A stretch of DNA of 64,000 bases from Octopus vulgaris (taxonomy: Eukaryota). Under the pieces are notes generated by a model. That model did no database searches. It was not told the origin of the DNA and saw only the letters and a program-made list of their open reading frames with translations. A program made the translations under genes and the position numbers. Below, piece by piece: positions 53,401-64,000 of this stretch. Every line of letters starts with the position of its first letter. Position 1 is the stretch's first letter. The stretch spans positions 119,226,001 through 119,290,000 of the forward strand of contig OX597819.1 in assembly GCA_951406725.2 (NCBI GenBank), given 5' to 3'.

Positions 53401-53953
53401 TGATTCTATGTGATATATGCTCCTGGTGCTTCAGGCTCTGAACCATCCACCATGATGACGCCGGTCACGACATGCATTCTTTTATATAAACCTAAAGGAG
53501 GATACAATGCTGCTTCCTTTATTTCTAATTGAATCTACCTTTAGTTATATACACGTATAGAATGAAACGCAACATTATTTACGTCGTAAATAATTGTGAA
53601 GTAAAACGATGTGTGATGGGTGAACTCAGCAACGATGTATCAATTTGATGTTTTGCTAGATTCCGTGATAGCTCGTAGTTTCTTACCTATATGTGATAAT
53701 GATATTTTTAGCTTGAGCTTTCAGCCGAGTTTTCAAACTGTTTTAACCATTTTTATCAGATATGTGATTCCACTTATAAATTACGAAATAATTAAAAGCT
53801 AAAATACTAAAGCAGTATTCATTGTTTAAGATTTCATGGAGTAAACATCAAAACAATTTTAAAACTCTTCTAAATTGGACAAATATCTTTGCAGCACGAT
53901 GGGAGTTAAGAAAGACAGATGGAAATGAATTAGAAACAGATACTATAAAATGA

Positions 53954-54147
53954 ATGTATGTCATTATTTAGCTTTGTTTCAAGATTTATTGCCAAGAGAG
54001 AAAGGGCCGTTTCTAACATAGACCCAAAGCTTCTTCACTGGAATTCCAATAACATCAATAGGGAATTTCTGAATAGATATCTGCAGGTTTGTGTATTTTG
54101 TTTTATGTATGCATGTATGTATGTATGTATATACTGATGCAAGCATT

Positions 54148-54183
<36 letters not shown>

Positions 54184-54257
54184 TATATATATTTATATAC
54201 ATATATATAAATGCATACATACATATTTATTATACATATATACACACACAAATATAT

Positions 54258-54348
<91 letters not shown>

Positions 54349-55160
54349 ATGCATAAATATGGCCAAGTAAAACACGTTGAGAAATGAGTGAAATCAGCGT
54401 TATCAGAAGAGAGAAGAAAATGCTGTGACTGTAAGTCGGTAATCATTCTTTTTTCCTTTTTCCTTCGACAGAGCACGCTTGATTAGTATTGATCTACATG
54501 CGCATCTTCTCATTGAGAGTTCATAGAGTCATTCCTGTAGACATCAATCTCTTTCTTATCACTGGATAATTATTTTATTCGACTTAGCTTTTCCCCTTTT
54601 TCATCAATTCACTATTCTTCCTCCTGTTACTTACAGCGAATGCAATTACATTTGTGTCCCCAACATTCTATAATTTTCACTTGTGGGAGCGATGTGGGAA
54701 TAGATTAAATCTATTCCTCTCAATGACGCAATAAACTATTCAGCAGTTTAAGTAATTTTCAACTATAGATTCGCTCAGTTTGTCAATGAACGTGTTCTCC
54801 GATATTCATTTTCCTTAGGTTTCGGGAAATTGAGTAGCCTAGGGAAATGCATCACCACAATACCATGTACATACGCACGCACATACGCACATGCACACAA
54901 ACACACACGCACACACATACACGCACGCTGACGCCCAATTATATACGTATAATTATTTTCTACTCGAGGTACAAGGTCTAAAAATTTGGAGGAGGGGGCG
55001 AGTCGATTCGATATCAACCCCCAGTAAGCAACTGGTACTTAATTTATCAACCCTGAGGGGACGAAAGACAATGTCGACCTCGGCGGAATTTGAATTCAGA
55101 ACGTAAAGACAGATGAAAATTATAAACGTATAATTACCGTTCATTTACGTATATTTATGC

Positions 55161-55197
<37 letters not shown>

Positions 55198-55268
55198 CAT
55201 ATTTGTGTATATATGTATAATAAATATGTATGTATGCATTTATATATATTTATATAAATGTATATATG

Positions 55269-55329
<61 letters not shown>

Positions 55330-55516
55330 GCTTGCATCAGTATATACATACACACATGCATACATAAAACAAAATATACAAACCTGCAGATATCTATTCA
55401 GAAATACCCTGTTTATGTTATTGGAATTCCAGTGAAGAAGCTTTGGGTCTATGTTAGAAACGGCCCTTTCTCTCTTGGCAACAAATCTTGAAACAAAGGT
55501 AAATAATGACATACAT
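53954..55516. repeat. Long inverted repeat, arms ~53954-54320 and ~55160-55516
   Basis: Near-identical reverse-complement arms, including GAGAGAAAGGGCCGTTTCTAACATAGACCCAAAGCTTCTTCACTGGAATTCCAATAAC and the adjacent microsatellite pattern. Confidence 0.9.
54955..55117 (-). mobile_element. SINE family C fragment
   Basis: GTCGACCTCGGCGGAATTTGAATTCAGAACGTAAAG. Confidence 0.8.
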
Positions 55517-55995
55517 ATTCGTGTGTGTTTTTGTGAGTTTGTGTGTGTGTATGTGTGTTTGTGTGCGCGCGCGTGTGTGTGTGTGTGTGAATGTACCTGC
55601 GTTTCCGTTTATATAGTTGAGTAGCATGATTCGAAGAGCTACTCGCACAGGTAATTAGTAGGGGTGATGAAATATGTACACGGCTTGTAAAGTAGACATA
55701 AACCAGATGATTCTCGAACAATAATATTTTTTAATAAATGCATGATATATCTTCCGTTCCATATATAATTAGCGGGAGTTACGATAACATGACTTCTAGT
55801 TAACAACTCACGCTCTTGTAACAGAGATTATGAAGTATGCGTTTATCAATCAAAGGTTTAGGAAATGGAGAAATATAAATATAAATCTTTAGTTAAATAT
55901 ATTCAATGAGAATATTATATACTGAGTTTATAGTAAGTGCTCAATTGTATCAAAGTATTAATACTATTAATGCATTTATAAATTTAATACGAGCG

Positions 55996-56029
<34 letters not shown>

Positions 56030-56033
<4 letters not shown>

Positions 56034-56985
56034 TAATATATTATTATTAATATTAGAAAATCAATATCAAAACTCCTCAGAAACATATATACGTGTGAAA
56101 AATAATTGTTGCATTAAAAATATATTAATAAATAAATATAAATATAAATATAAATATGTATAAAATATATGTAAATATGTATAAGCATATATATATATAA
56201 TGTATATGACAGTTTAAAAGTTTGGAATTAATTATTTATAGCATCTTACGATGGTTTCACAGAAGACTTGTCCCTATAATGAAATCCTATATTGATAAGA
56301 ATTTATAGACAACGCTTCTGCTCTTCAGAGATGTAAAATTTGAATTCTGTATAACACATCGAATGGTAGTTTTTTTGTTTCTTTTTTAAGTTTAAGTAAA
56401 ACTATAAAATAGTGTTTGTTTGAAAGATAAATTAATAATTAAAAATTACTTTGAGAGTTTTTATATCCATATATATTTCTTTTGTAATTCTTCTGCAATA
56501 ATCCATAATATTCATATGTAAAAACTCGTTTAGTTATCTTGTGTTCCAAATATAGTTCATATAGTTAGTTTAGGAATGTGAAATTTGTATATAATTTAGC
56601 ATCAGAATCTTCAAATTCATATATGTCATCTTGGTAATTCTTCTGTAGCAATCCATAATACTTTTGTCTTGGAAATTTTTCTGTAGTAATCCGTAATGCT
56701 TTTGTGTAAAATTCATTATTTTATCCCGTAATCCAAATATAGTTCATTATACAAAATCAAATTATATTTTCAATTATATGTGAAACTATGCTTTTTAAAT
56801 AATTAATTCAAAACTTTTAAAGTGTCGAATACATTATACATTTATGCATAAACATATTTACATATATTTTATACATATTTTTATTTATTTATTTATATAT
56901 TTTTAATACAACAATTATTTTTCTCGCTTATATATCTTTCTAGTGAGTTTTGATTTTGATTTCCTAATATTAATAATAATATATT
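56030..56985 (-). mobile_element. Non-autonomous Penelope-like element: HHR-bearing 3' pseudo-LTR plus inverted partial copy
   Basis: ~200-bp inverted arms at ~56030-56238 and ~56796-56985. The HHR lies immediately inside the left arm. Flanked by TA-rich tracts. Confidence 0.7.
56242..56333 (-). ncRNA. Type I hammerhead ribozyme with long stem II and minimal stem III
   Basis: CAUCU-CUGAAGA-GCAGAAG...CUUCUGU-GAAA-C-CAUC-G-UA-AGAUG: intact core, 5-bp stem I, GUA cleavage site after position 56247. Confidence 0.8.
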
Positions 56986-57230
56986 ATTTAAAAAAATATG
57001 TATATATATATGTATATATATACGCGTGGCGGTGTGGTTGTGTTAGTGTTTGTTTATCTATCCCCAACAAATTGTGTTGGTGTCTTTGTACCCGTAATAT
57101 AGTGGTTCGGAGAAAGAACAACCCGATAGACAAATTACCAGGTTTACCAAAAAAACAAAAACAAGTATAGGTGACAATTCATTTCGCACTTCTATGGCCC
57201 AGTGTAATTACTGAGGCATATGAAACATGA

Positions 57231-57323
<93 letters not shown>

Positions 57324-57325
57324 TA

Positions 57326-57402
<77 letters not shown>

Positions 57403-57425
57403 TTATTTATATATATATATATATT

Positions 57426-57740
57426 ACGTGACCGTGATCACGTGATCGACCAGTCCATCAGATGTAGTTAAACATCGGTGGTCACAATGCGTTCGCATTG
57501 TTTTAGCCTTCGAATGACGCCCCCCCCCCCGCTGGCTAAGCGAGCAGGCCAACCGAAGAAAGAGTGGGAGAAAGAGTGGTGAAAGAGTACAGCAGGGATC
57601 ACCACCCCCTGCCGGAGCCTCGTGGAGATTTTAGGTGTGTTCGATCAATAAACATTCACAATGCCCGGGCTGGGAATCGAAACCACGATCCTACGACCGC
57701 GAGTCCGCTGCCCTAACCACGGGGCCATTGCGCCTCCACA
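57426..57740 (-). mobile_element. SINE family B, tail variant 3
   Basis: Head GTGGAGGCGCAATGGCCCCGTGGTTAGGGCAGCGGACTCGCGGTCG. Tail ending GGTCGATCACGTGATCACGGTCACGT is unlike the other copies. Confidence 0.88.
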
Positions 57741-57796
57741 TTGTTGGTAAGCAAGCTACTTACCACACAGCCACTCCTGTGCTTATATATATATAT

Positions 57797-58227
57797 AGGC
57801 GCAGGAGTGGCTGTGTGGTAAGTAGCTTGCTTACCAACCACATGGCTCCGGGTTTTCTCCCACTGCTTGGCACCTTGGCAAGTGTCTTCAACTATAGCCT
57901 CGAGCCAACCAATGCCTTGTGAGTAGATTTGGTAGATGGAAACTGAAAGTAACACGTTGTAAATATATATATATAAGTGTGTATACATGTATAAGTACGC
58001 GTGTGTATGTGTGTATATATTTGTGAGTCTGTGTTTGATCCCCCCCCCTTTGCTTCACAACCGATGTTGTGTTTACGTCCATTTAACTTAGCGGTTCGGC
58101 AAAAGTGAATGATATTATAAGTACTAATCTTACAAGGAATAAATCCTGGGGTCGATTTGTTCGACTGTAGGCGGTGCTCCAGCATGGCCGCAGTCAAATA
58201 ACTGAAGCAAGTAAAAAAGTAAAGAAG
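57797..58227 (+). mobile_element. Full-length SINE family A, preceded by an inverted copy of its first ~42 nt (57743-57784)
   Basis: Colinear with 34249-34684. Palindromic junction around (TA)n. Confidence 0.9.
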
Positions 58228-58756
58228 TTATTTTAATAGGTATTTATATTCGGGTTTTTATTTGTTTATGTTTTTACGTGCAGAAACTTTGTACATGTGT
58301 AAGTACGCACGGCTTCAATTAAATTTGATGTTGTCAGCCATTTATCTCAATAAACACGAATAACGTTTGTTTTATTGCCTTAATTCTATAGATGAACACC
58401 CACACGCACGCACATACACACACACATATATCAACACACACATATATATCTATGTATATATGTATATTTTTGAGGTTATAAGAATCTAGAAACTGCGTGA
58501 CTAACTGAAATAATTCCTGAAAGGGACAGTGAAATAAACCTATAAATAATAATGTGTCAACATTTGGTTAAATATACCTTATGCTAGAAAATCTTGAAGG
58601 TTGCCAGAAAACATCTCCAGTGTATAAAACTATTAGTAACTCATCAATATATACTGTGTATATTAAATATTATTTATCTCTCATCGGAGTAAAGACTTTT
58701 CTGATCGTATCTGACGGAAATATATGCTGGTGTGTGTGTGTTTAAACATTTATTTT

Positions 58757-59116
58757 TATGCGCCCTTTTCAAGCCTAGACAGGCTCATGGGCGCGGTTTC
58801 CCGATTTCTATGGCGTATGTGTTCCTCCCAGTTCTATGGCGTATGTGTTCCTCCCAGTTCTATGGCGTATGTGTTCCTCCCAGCTGGACGGGACGCCAGT
58901 CTATCGCAACGTTACTCAAGAAACAGGAAGAAAGGGTGAGAGAAAGTTGGTGCGAAAGATTACAACAGGCATCGTCACCACCCCCTGCCGGTGCCTCGTG
59001 AATCTTTAGTTGTTTTCGCTCAATAAACACACGCACAACGCCAGGTCTGGAAATCGAAACCGCGATCCTCCGACCGGGAGTCCGCTGCCTTAACTACTGG
59101 GCCACTGCGCCTCTAC
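58757..59116 (-). mobile_element. SINE family B, tail variant 2, with internal 3 x 26-bp tandem repeat (58806-58883)
   Basis: Family B head; TTCTATGGCGTATGTGTTCCTCCCAG repeated three times. Confidence 0.88.
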
Positions 59117-59889
59117 GTGATTAAACATTTGCGTTGGTAATATGACAAATGTAAGTCTACGTCATGTTGTTGAGTTGTAATTCAAAGTAACAGTAAAGAT
59201 ATCAATATTTTCAACGCCGCGAATGTACATTTGCTCCATATTTTCCTAGAGTTAATGATGTCATCCAATATAAAATAAACTTCGACGTTATATTGTTAAC
59301 ATTTTGACAGGTGTAGGCGGAAATGTTGTGGAGAGAAATTATTGCCATATGAAAATATAGGGAATGAAATTTTGTATTAATGAAATTTGCCTTTAATGAA
59401 ACAAAGAATAACATAATTGAAACAGAGGGCTTTTAAATATATTGTAATTTATGAGGGCTATTATGAAAAAAAAAAGCAATTACCTTGTTACTTGAAGGCA
59501 AACTTTACACGAAAATTATGATTGCAAAATTATGCTGAGATCGCGAGTTAACGTTGTGTTGATGTCGTGGCCGTAAAAATTGATATTTATGTATTTGCTG
59601 TGTCATCCGTGTTATTTTCCCTCGTAATATCGTATGTGTTTGTTCATTATTTCGAAATGTGCTATACTGCAAAATAAACAATTATTTATATGGACGCGCA
59701 TTATATTTAATTTATTTGATTCCGCTTATTTAATGCGTTTTGATTTATTAAGTTTTGTATTTACATAAGTATATTAGAAATATACGCGGGCCATAAGAAT
59801 TGAGAATCCTCGTGAAAACCTGAAATTATGTTGTTTTTGGGTTTTTAGAAATGGTAGACCTTGAAACAAACAGAATTATAAATAAGCCG

Positions 59890-60022
59890 TTCTGCTATTG
59901 GCACACGGCTCGAAATTTTTGTGGGGAAGTGGCCAGTCGATTAGATCGACCCCAGTACCCACCTTGTACTTAATTTATCCACCAGGAAAGGATGAAAGGC
60001 AGTGTCGACTTCACAGACTCAG
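59890..60022 (-). mobile_element. SINE family C fragment
   Basis: GGCCAGTCGATTAGATCGACCCCAGTA..GAAAGGATGAAAGGC. Confidence 0.7.
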
Positions 60023-60394
60023 AATTATAAATAATACCAAGTGAATACTGGGTGAAACACTTCTGTTTGCATTCGTCCGGTGGTAGAACTCCTGTCATGT
60101 TTACAGGAGATATTATTTAGAGACAATAGTGTTGGCTTGGACGTTTTAAATGTAAAGGAACATCAACCCAAATTTTTATGCGCTATAATTCATAGTTTTT
60201 CTTCTTCGAGATCCACAGTTCCAAGAGAGAGCTAATATCCGTGTTACTCTATATATTTTATGAGAGTCTGAAATTTCATGCTTGTAACAGAAATCTGTTT
60301 CATTCATTTATTTATGAGAGTATTTTTTCTAAATATTACTTTAGTATTTATAATTAGGTTTGTTTTCATAGATACTGATGGATAACTTTTTTTG

Positions 60395-60715
60395 TTAATT
60401 TAATTTAATTTTAATTGGCTCAAAAAGCAAAAGCAATGCCATGTAGGGGGACAAGGATTTGTGTACAGGGAGGATGGTCATACAAAGAGTGCAGGCCATT
60501 TCCGGTCAAGAGAGACTTTGAACCGAGCGGTCGTCGGCATCTTCACTATCTCGTCCGGCAGCTTATTCCACGGATCCGCAACCTATTTGGAGAAAGCCCC
60601 TCCCCTTCGATTGAGATGAAATCGTCGTAGATAGAGCTTTTCGGAGTGAACCCGCAGCCCACGCTCATGCATTTAACATGTAATTCTATGAACTAGGGAG
60701 TTTTATCCGAATGCT
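60395..60715 (-). mobile_element. CR1/L2-like LINE 3' end with (AATTA)n tail
   Basis: HLNRRGGAFSK*VADPWNKLPDEIVKMPTTARFKVSLDRKW. Confidence 0.8.
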
Positions 60716-61737
60716 TCTTCCTGTACTTGCTTCGTTATCTCATAGAAGAAGTAAATTGGCTGTTAATTGTTCTCTGTTAGTGTCTCATTGGGGAAAAATT
60801 GCAAATAATGCATTAGAAGTTTGTAAATATACGTGGGATAAGTTTATTGCTCATATAAATATTTTTGACTTCAGACTAAGATTTTAGTATTAAATTTCCC
60901 GTGTTAATTGGAATTAAGCTTGAAGTGTTATTCTATGTACGTCAGCAAGTAGTTCGCACATTCTAAACTCTCACTATAAAACTAAAATAGACAGGTTGGA
61001 GATTAAATTGCGTTATCCTACTCAAAGTTCAACATTGATACTCTAAGGTTTATAATTCCAAATACTTCACATAGACCCTCAGATATCGTCTGCATGGTGG
61101 CTTATAGAATATCCTGAATATGAGAAAAGCTTTCCATACATAGAGTGATACAGCAGTAGCACTATAAAGCCTATACATACATACAAAATGTTATTTTTCT
61201 ATGTTTCACAGGATTATGTAATTACATCGAGGATTACACCTCTTTTATTTACTTGCTGAGGCTATGTCAAAAAATTTGCAATGACATTAACCGTCACACG
61301 TCCTCTACAATTTAAAAGTATTTGCTTAGAAATTCTAAGAGTACTCATCAATGAACAACGTACGTGATTCTGAGTAGAGCTGTATGTGCCTATTTTATAG
61401 CAACAGCGAAGCAAACATCTTAATTTTACTATACTGCATCATCTTTTTCCGATTTGCAGAAATCATCACATGGAATATATATTGTAAGTTTAACTTCCGT
61501 TGAATACTTATAAAAATGTATTTAGTGAATGCTATGAAAGATAAAAATGATTAGGATTAAATATATGGTAAATTTTTTTAAAGATGACTAATATATTATC
61601 TATTGGATTTTGTTGACCAAACACCTAACATCTCAATTCATCGCTAAAATATAGAAGAAATTTATAAATGTTTATTTCTGGCTAACCTTTAAATTATAAA
61701 GTCATTAAATTTGCCACAATTGTTTAAAGTGATACTC

Positions 61738-62122
61738 TCTCTCTTTTACTCTTTTACTTGTTTCAGTCATTTGACTGCGGCCATGCTGGAGCACCGCCTT
61801 TAATCGAGCAACTCGACCCCGGGACTTATTCTTTTTGTAAGCCCAGTACTTATTCTATCGGTCTGTTTTGCCGAACCGCTAAGTGACGGGGACGTAAACA
61901 CACCAGCATCGGTTGTCAAGCAATGCTAGGGGGACAAACACAGACACACAAGCACACACATACATATATATATATACATATATACGACAGGCTTCTTACA
62001 GTTTCCGTCTACAAAATCCACTCACAAGGCATTGGTCGGCCCGGGGCTTTAGCAGAAGACACTGAACCCGGAACCATGTGGTTGGTTAGCAAGCTACTTA
62101 CCACACAGCCACTCCTGCGCCT
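61738..62122 (-). mobile_element. SINE family A with a small internal deletion
   Basis: Reverse complement of 34249-34684. Confidence 0.9.
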
Positions 62123-63118
62123 ATGAGGTTTCTTATATCAAATATTGCATTGTAATTTATTTTACTCATCTCACATGCATTAGCTGTAGTGATAGCAATT
62201 CATATACCATACAGATTGCATCACGAAATCTTTTAGTCAATATTATGAGTGAATACATATGGATTAGTGGCCAATTCTCACTTTAGAAATGATCATAAGA
62301 ATGTTTTGTTTTTCCTTCAGTTTTAGACTAAGATTTTGAGCTTTCACTCGGAGGAAATGTTTATCGAAAATATGTTCACTTGGAGCGTAACGGATTCTTG
62401 AAGTGGATATTTCCCATGTATATTATGAAGTGTCTCTGCAATAACCATGTGCTATTACAGATTCTAATCGATAACTGATTATTCCCATTCCTTCGTTTTA
62501 CTTCATTTGCACTTATTCTCACCCGTTTATTCGATTTTGTATACGCTTGCAACTTGTCACAGAGTCTTTCGTTGAAGTAGATTGCTACAAGTTCACTTAG
62601 CACGCTTAATTAGTGATAATGTTATAGCCGAAAGTCTTGGATTCTTTTTGTGCTGCTCAAATCGAATAACTGATTACGTTGCTTTCATAAGAACATTCGT
62701 GTATGCAGATCCATTAAAGAAATGTCATAACCTTCGACAATTTATTTAAATACACAGACAAATATAAATGCATATCAATTTACACACACACATATATATG
62801 CATGTCTACATATATTGATATATACATACATATTGTATATATGTTTGTATATACATATACATATGTATACATATATATATATTTATATACATATATATGT
62901 ATATGCAGTTGTATATATGCATATATATATGTATATATTTACATATATATATATACTTATATATATTTATATACATATATATGTATATGCAGTTGTATAT
63001 ATCTATATATATATGTATATATTTACATATACATATATATATATATATATACTAGCTGATGGTGACCCGCTCTACGCGCGGGTAAGAGTGTGGTTGTTAC
63101 TTTCTGTTGCTTCCTTTC

Positions 63119-63431
63119 AGCACGTAAAAAGTACCATCCGAACGTGGCGGATTGCAGCGCCGCCTTGACTGGCTTCTGTGCCAGTGACACGTAAAAAGCA
63201 CCAACCGATCGTGGCCATAGCCAGCCCCCTGGCACCTGTGCCGGCGGCACGAAAAATGCACCCACTACGCTCACAGAGTGGTTGGCGTTAGGAAGGGTAT
63301 CCACCTGTAGAAACACTGCCAGATCAGACTGGAGCCTGGTGCAGCCTCCTGGCTTCCCAGACCCTGGTCAAACTGTCCAACCCGTGCTAGCACGGAAAAC
63401 GGACGTTAAACGATGATGATGATGATGATGA
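63119..63431 (+). mobile_element. SINE/RTE-related 3' fragment (family E) with (GAT)n tail
   Basis: Three CACG(T/A)AAAA subrepeats, GGTTGGCGTTAGGAAGGG and GGACGTTAAACGATGATGATG terminus. Confidence 0.75.
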
Positions 63432-63753
63432 TTCTCCCTCTTTGTTTCTCTCTCCTTTCTCTCTCACTTTCCCCACTCTCTTACTCTTCCTTTCTCTCGG
63501 ACTCTCCCTCGCTTTCTCTTACTCTCTATCTTTATCTATCTCTCTCCCATTTATAAACAACAAAATATCTTGAGTAAGTTGAGAAATAAAATATTTAGAA
63601 AGATCAATCATAAATATCAGGCAGTAACAACGGAAAGGTCTGCTTCAAGGCAGACAGCAAAACGCTAACATTTAAAAGGGACAGACGAACTTGCGAGCTG
63701 AATAAAAATAATAAAATATTGGAAACCAAAGTTTGAAGGGATAGAATCTGAGG

Positions 63754-64000
63754 GTAGTAGAGTCAGCATGGCTGGCATTTCTTAACGACGGACAGCAACG
63801 TTTTGACAGTTTAACGGCTGGCGTAAAATTTTGAACTTGATGTAAAAGAAAATCCCTAAACACCAAGTTTTGAAGTGATTCTTTTTCACGACAGTAGACT
63901 CACCATGGCAAGCATTCAAAACGTCTTCATCATGGACGGCAACACATTGACGATTAAAAGGCTGGCGCAAATTTTTTAGCTTGATGTAACAGAGAATTCC
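63754..64000. repeat. Diverged ~140-bp tandem repeat running off the window end
   Basis: GTAGA(G/C)TCA(G/C)CATGGC..GGAC(A/G)GCAAC..GGCTGGCG(T/C)AAA..CTTGATGTAA occurs twice. Confidence 0.6.

Noticed and set aside
58806-58883. Three 26-bp direct repeats, superficially CRISPR-like
   Set aside because: No spacers, lies inside a SINE, eukaryotic context and no cas genes. A simple slippage duplication.

Overview
AT-rich, microsatellite-dense eukaryotic DNA. The SINE families and repeat landscape suggest an octopus or other cephalopod genome (inference). I found no intact host gene, rRNA, true tRNA or CRISPR array, and most listed ORFs are microsatellite artefacts. The window is dominated by mobile DNA: a young Tx1-type L1-like LINE inserted twice in (GATA)n; three Dong/R4-like tails stacked in (TAA)n; RTE and CR1-like LINE fossils; a mariner; a Tc1; non-autonomous Helitrons; at least five SINE families; and a Penelope GIY-YIG fossil. 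Most notable: (1) several short elements carrying hammerhead ribozyme (HHR) cores with Penelope-style inverted or direct terminal repeats, including one fused to a tRNA-like Pol III head; (2) a SINE present as a head plus four tandem units inside a single target-site duplication; (3) a chain of splice-flanked, stop-disrupted segments on the minus strand (about 25.3 kb to 1.2 kb) whose order resembles a decayed gp130/domeless-like cytokine receptor gene. All family assignments come from motif recognition by eye, not database searches, and boundaries are approximate.
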